From: Octopus sinensis
Taxonomy: Eukaryota
DNA length: 64,000 nucleotides
Direction: 5' to 3'
Assembly (NCBI RefSeq): GCF_006345805.1
Contig: NC_043012.1
Location: forward strand, 21,762,001 to 21,826,000
Shown: piece after piece, positions 63,235 to 64,000 of the stretch
Position numbering within the stretch: position 1 is the first letter of the stretch
Layout of the letters: every line of letters starts with the position of its first letter
Notes under the pieces: model-generated
Told to the model about the DNA's origin: nothing
Databases searched by the model: none
What the model saw: only the letters and a program-made list of their open reading frames with translations
Made by a program: the position numbers and the translations under genes

Positions 63235-63255
63235 ATGAATATATGTATATATATG

Positions 63256-63308
<53 letters not shown>

Positions 63309-63363
63309 ATATATATATATGTGTATATATGTGTGTGTGTGTGTGTATATATATGTATATATA

Positions 63364-63404
<41 letters not shown>

Positions 63405-63423
63405 GCATACATGTATATATATA
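63173..63423. repeat. (TA)n/(TG)n compound microsatellite
   Basis: Direct inspection. Confidence 0.95.
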
Positions 63424-64000
63424 CTGGATGTATGACAAGAAACCAAAAAACGAAAAAATGTTTTTAAACTGTTAGAGAAAGTTTTTTGAACAAACATTTT
63501 ACCTTTAATTTAAAGACTTAGTTTATAAATCAACAATTAAAAAAAGCAAGTGGAAAAAATCATTAAAATCGTAGTCAATTTATTAATTCAGGTGGGTAGT
63601 ATGTTACTTATCTGTGATTTGTGAAAAAAAGAAGAAAAATACTTTTTCTGTCTCTATGGATATTCTGTTGATAATAACAGGGTTTCATTTGATGATCTAA
63701 AACAGCTGTTTAAATTGGATTCACTTGGGAACAACCAGGAGCAATGAATTCATGTTACACGCAGAGAAGTGTCAATTGTAATCAAATCTGAATGCACAAA
63801 TGTAGAATAATCACAGTTAATTTAACACATTTAAAAATAACTGCTTGTAGCTATAGTAAACTCTATTATTTTGTTGTTAAATGAACTTATTTTTATAAAC
63901 TTCAGTTTATTTTTTTCAATTTTCCCAATGCTCCAGTATTAACTGATAAAGTATGCATATTGTTGCATCCTCCTGTTGATATAATAATAATATGGATTTG

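Noticed and set aside
63082-63497. Several YI/CV/HT-repeat ORFs (also 8183-8674, 3051-3378)
   Set aside because: Dinucleotide microsatellite translations.

Overview
AT-rich, repeat-dominated eukaryotic DNA. It is most likely an octopus/coleoid cephalopod genome (inference from the tRNA-derived SINE families, RTE LINE 3' ends with (GAT)n tails, and the extreme (TA)/(CA)/(ATT) microsatellite load). No intact host protein-coding gene was recognised; nearly all listed ORFs are microsatellite or TE noise. The window looks like large intron(s) of a probably + strand transcript, with a few small splice-flanked candidate exons (e.g. 15055-15102, 33283-33306, 34236-34300). The TEs include three SINE families (two head-to-tail arrays and one ~98% identical inverted pair) and RTE, CR1/L2 and Tx1 LINE relics. 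There are also two Penelope-like relics and several degenerate hammerhead-ribozyme motifs, four Helitron ends/elements (one with a PIF1 helicase C-terminus), and Tigger, mariner, hAT, piggyBac-MITE and FLYWCH-MULE (Phantom-like) DNA transposons. A 334-bp near-perfect palindrome lies at 20167-20500. I cannot demonstrate a new biological system from sequence alone. The best leads are (i) a dense set of potential long dsRNA structures, relevant to cephalopod A-to-I editing, (ii) hammerhead-like relics in short elements embedded in (TA)n, (iii) a variable-number double-hairpin module in an RTE 3' UTR, and (iv) a nested Phantom-MULE/Helitron locus with an apparently re-initiated Helitron 5' end. 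All identities and alignments were estimated by eye.
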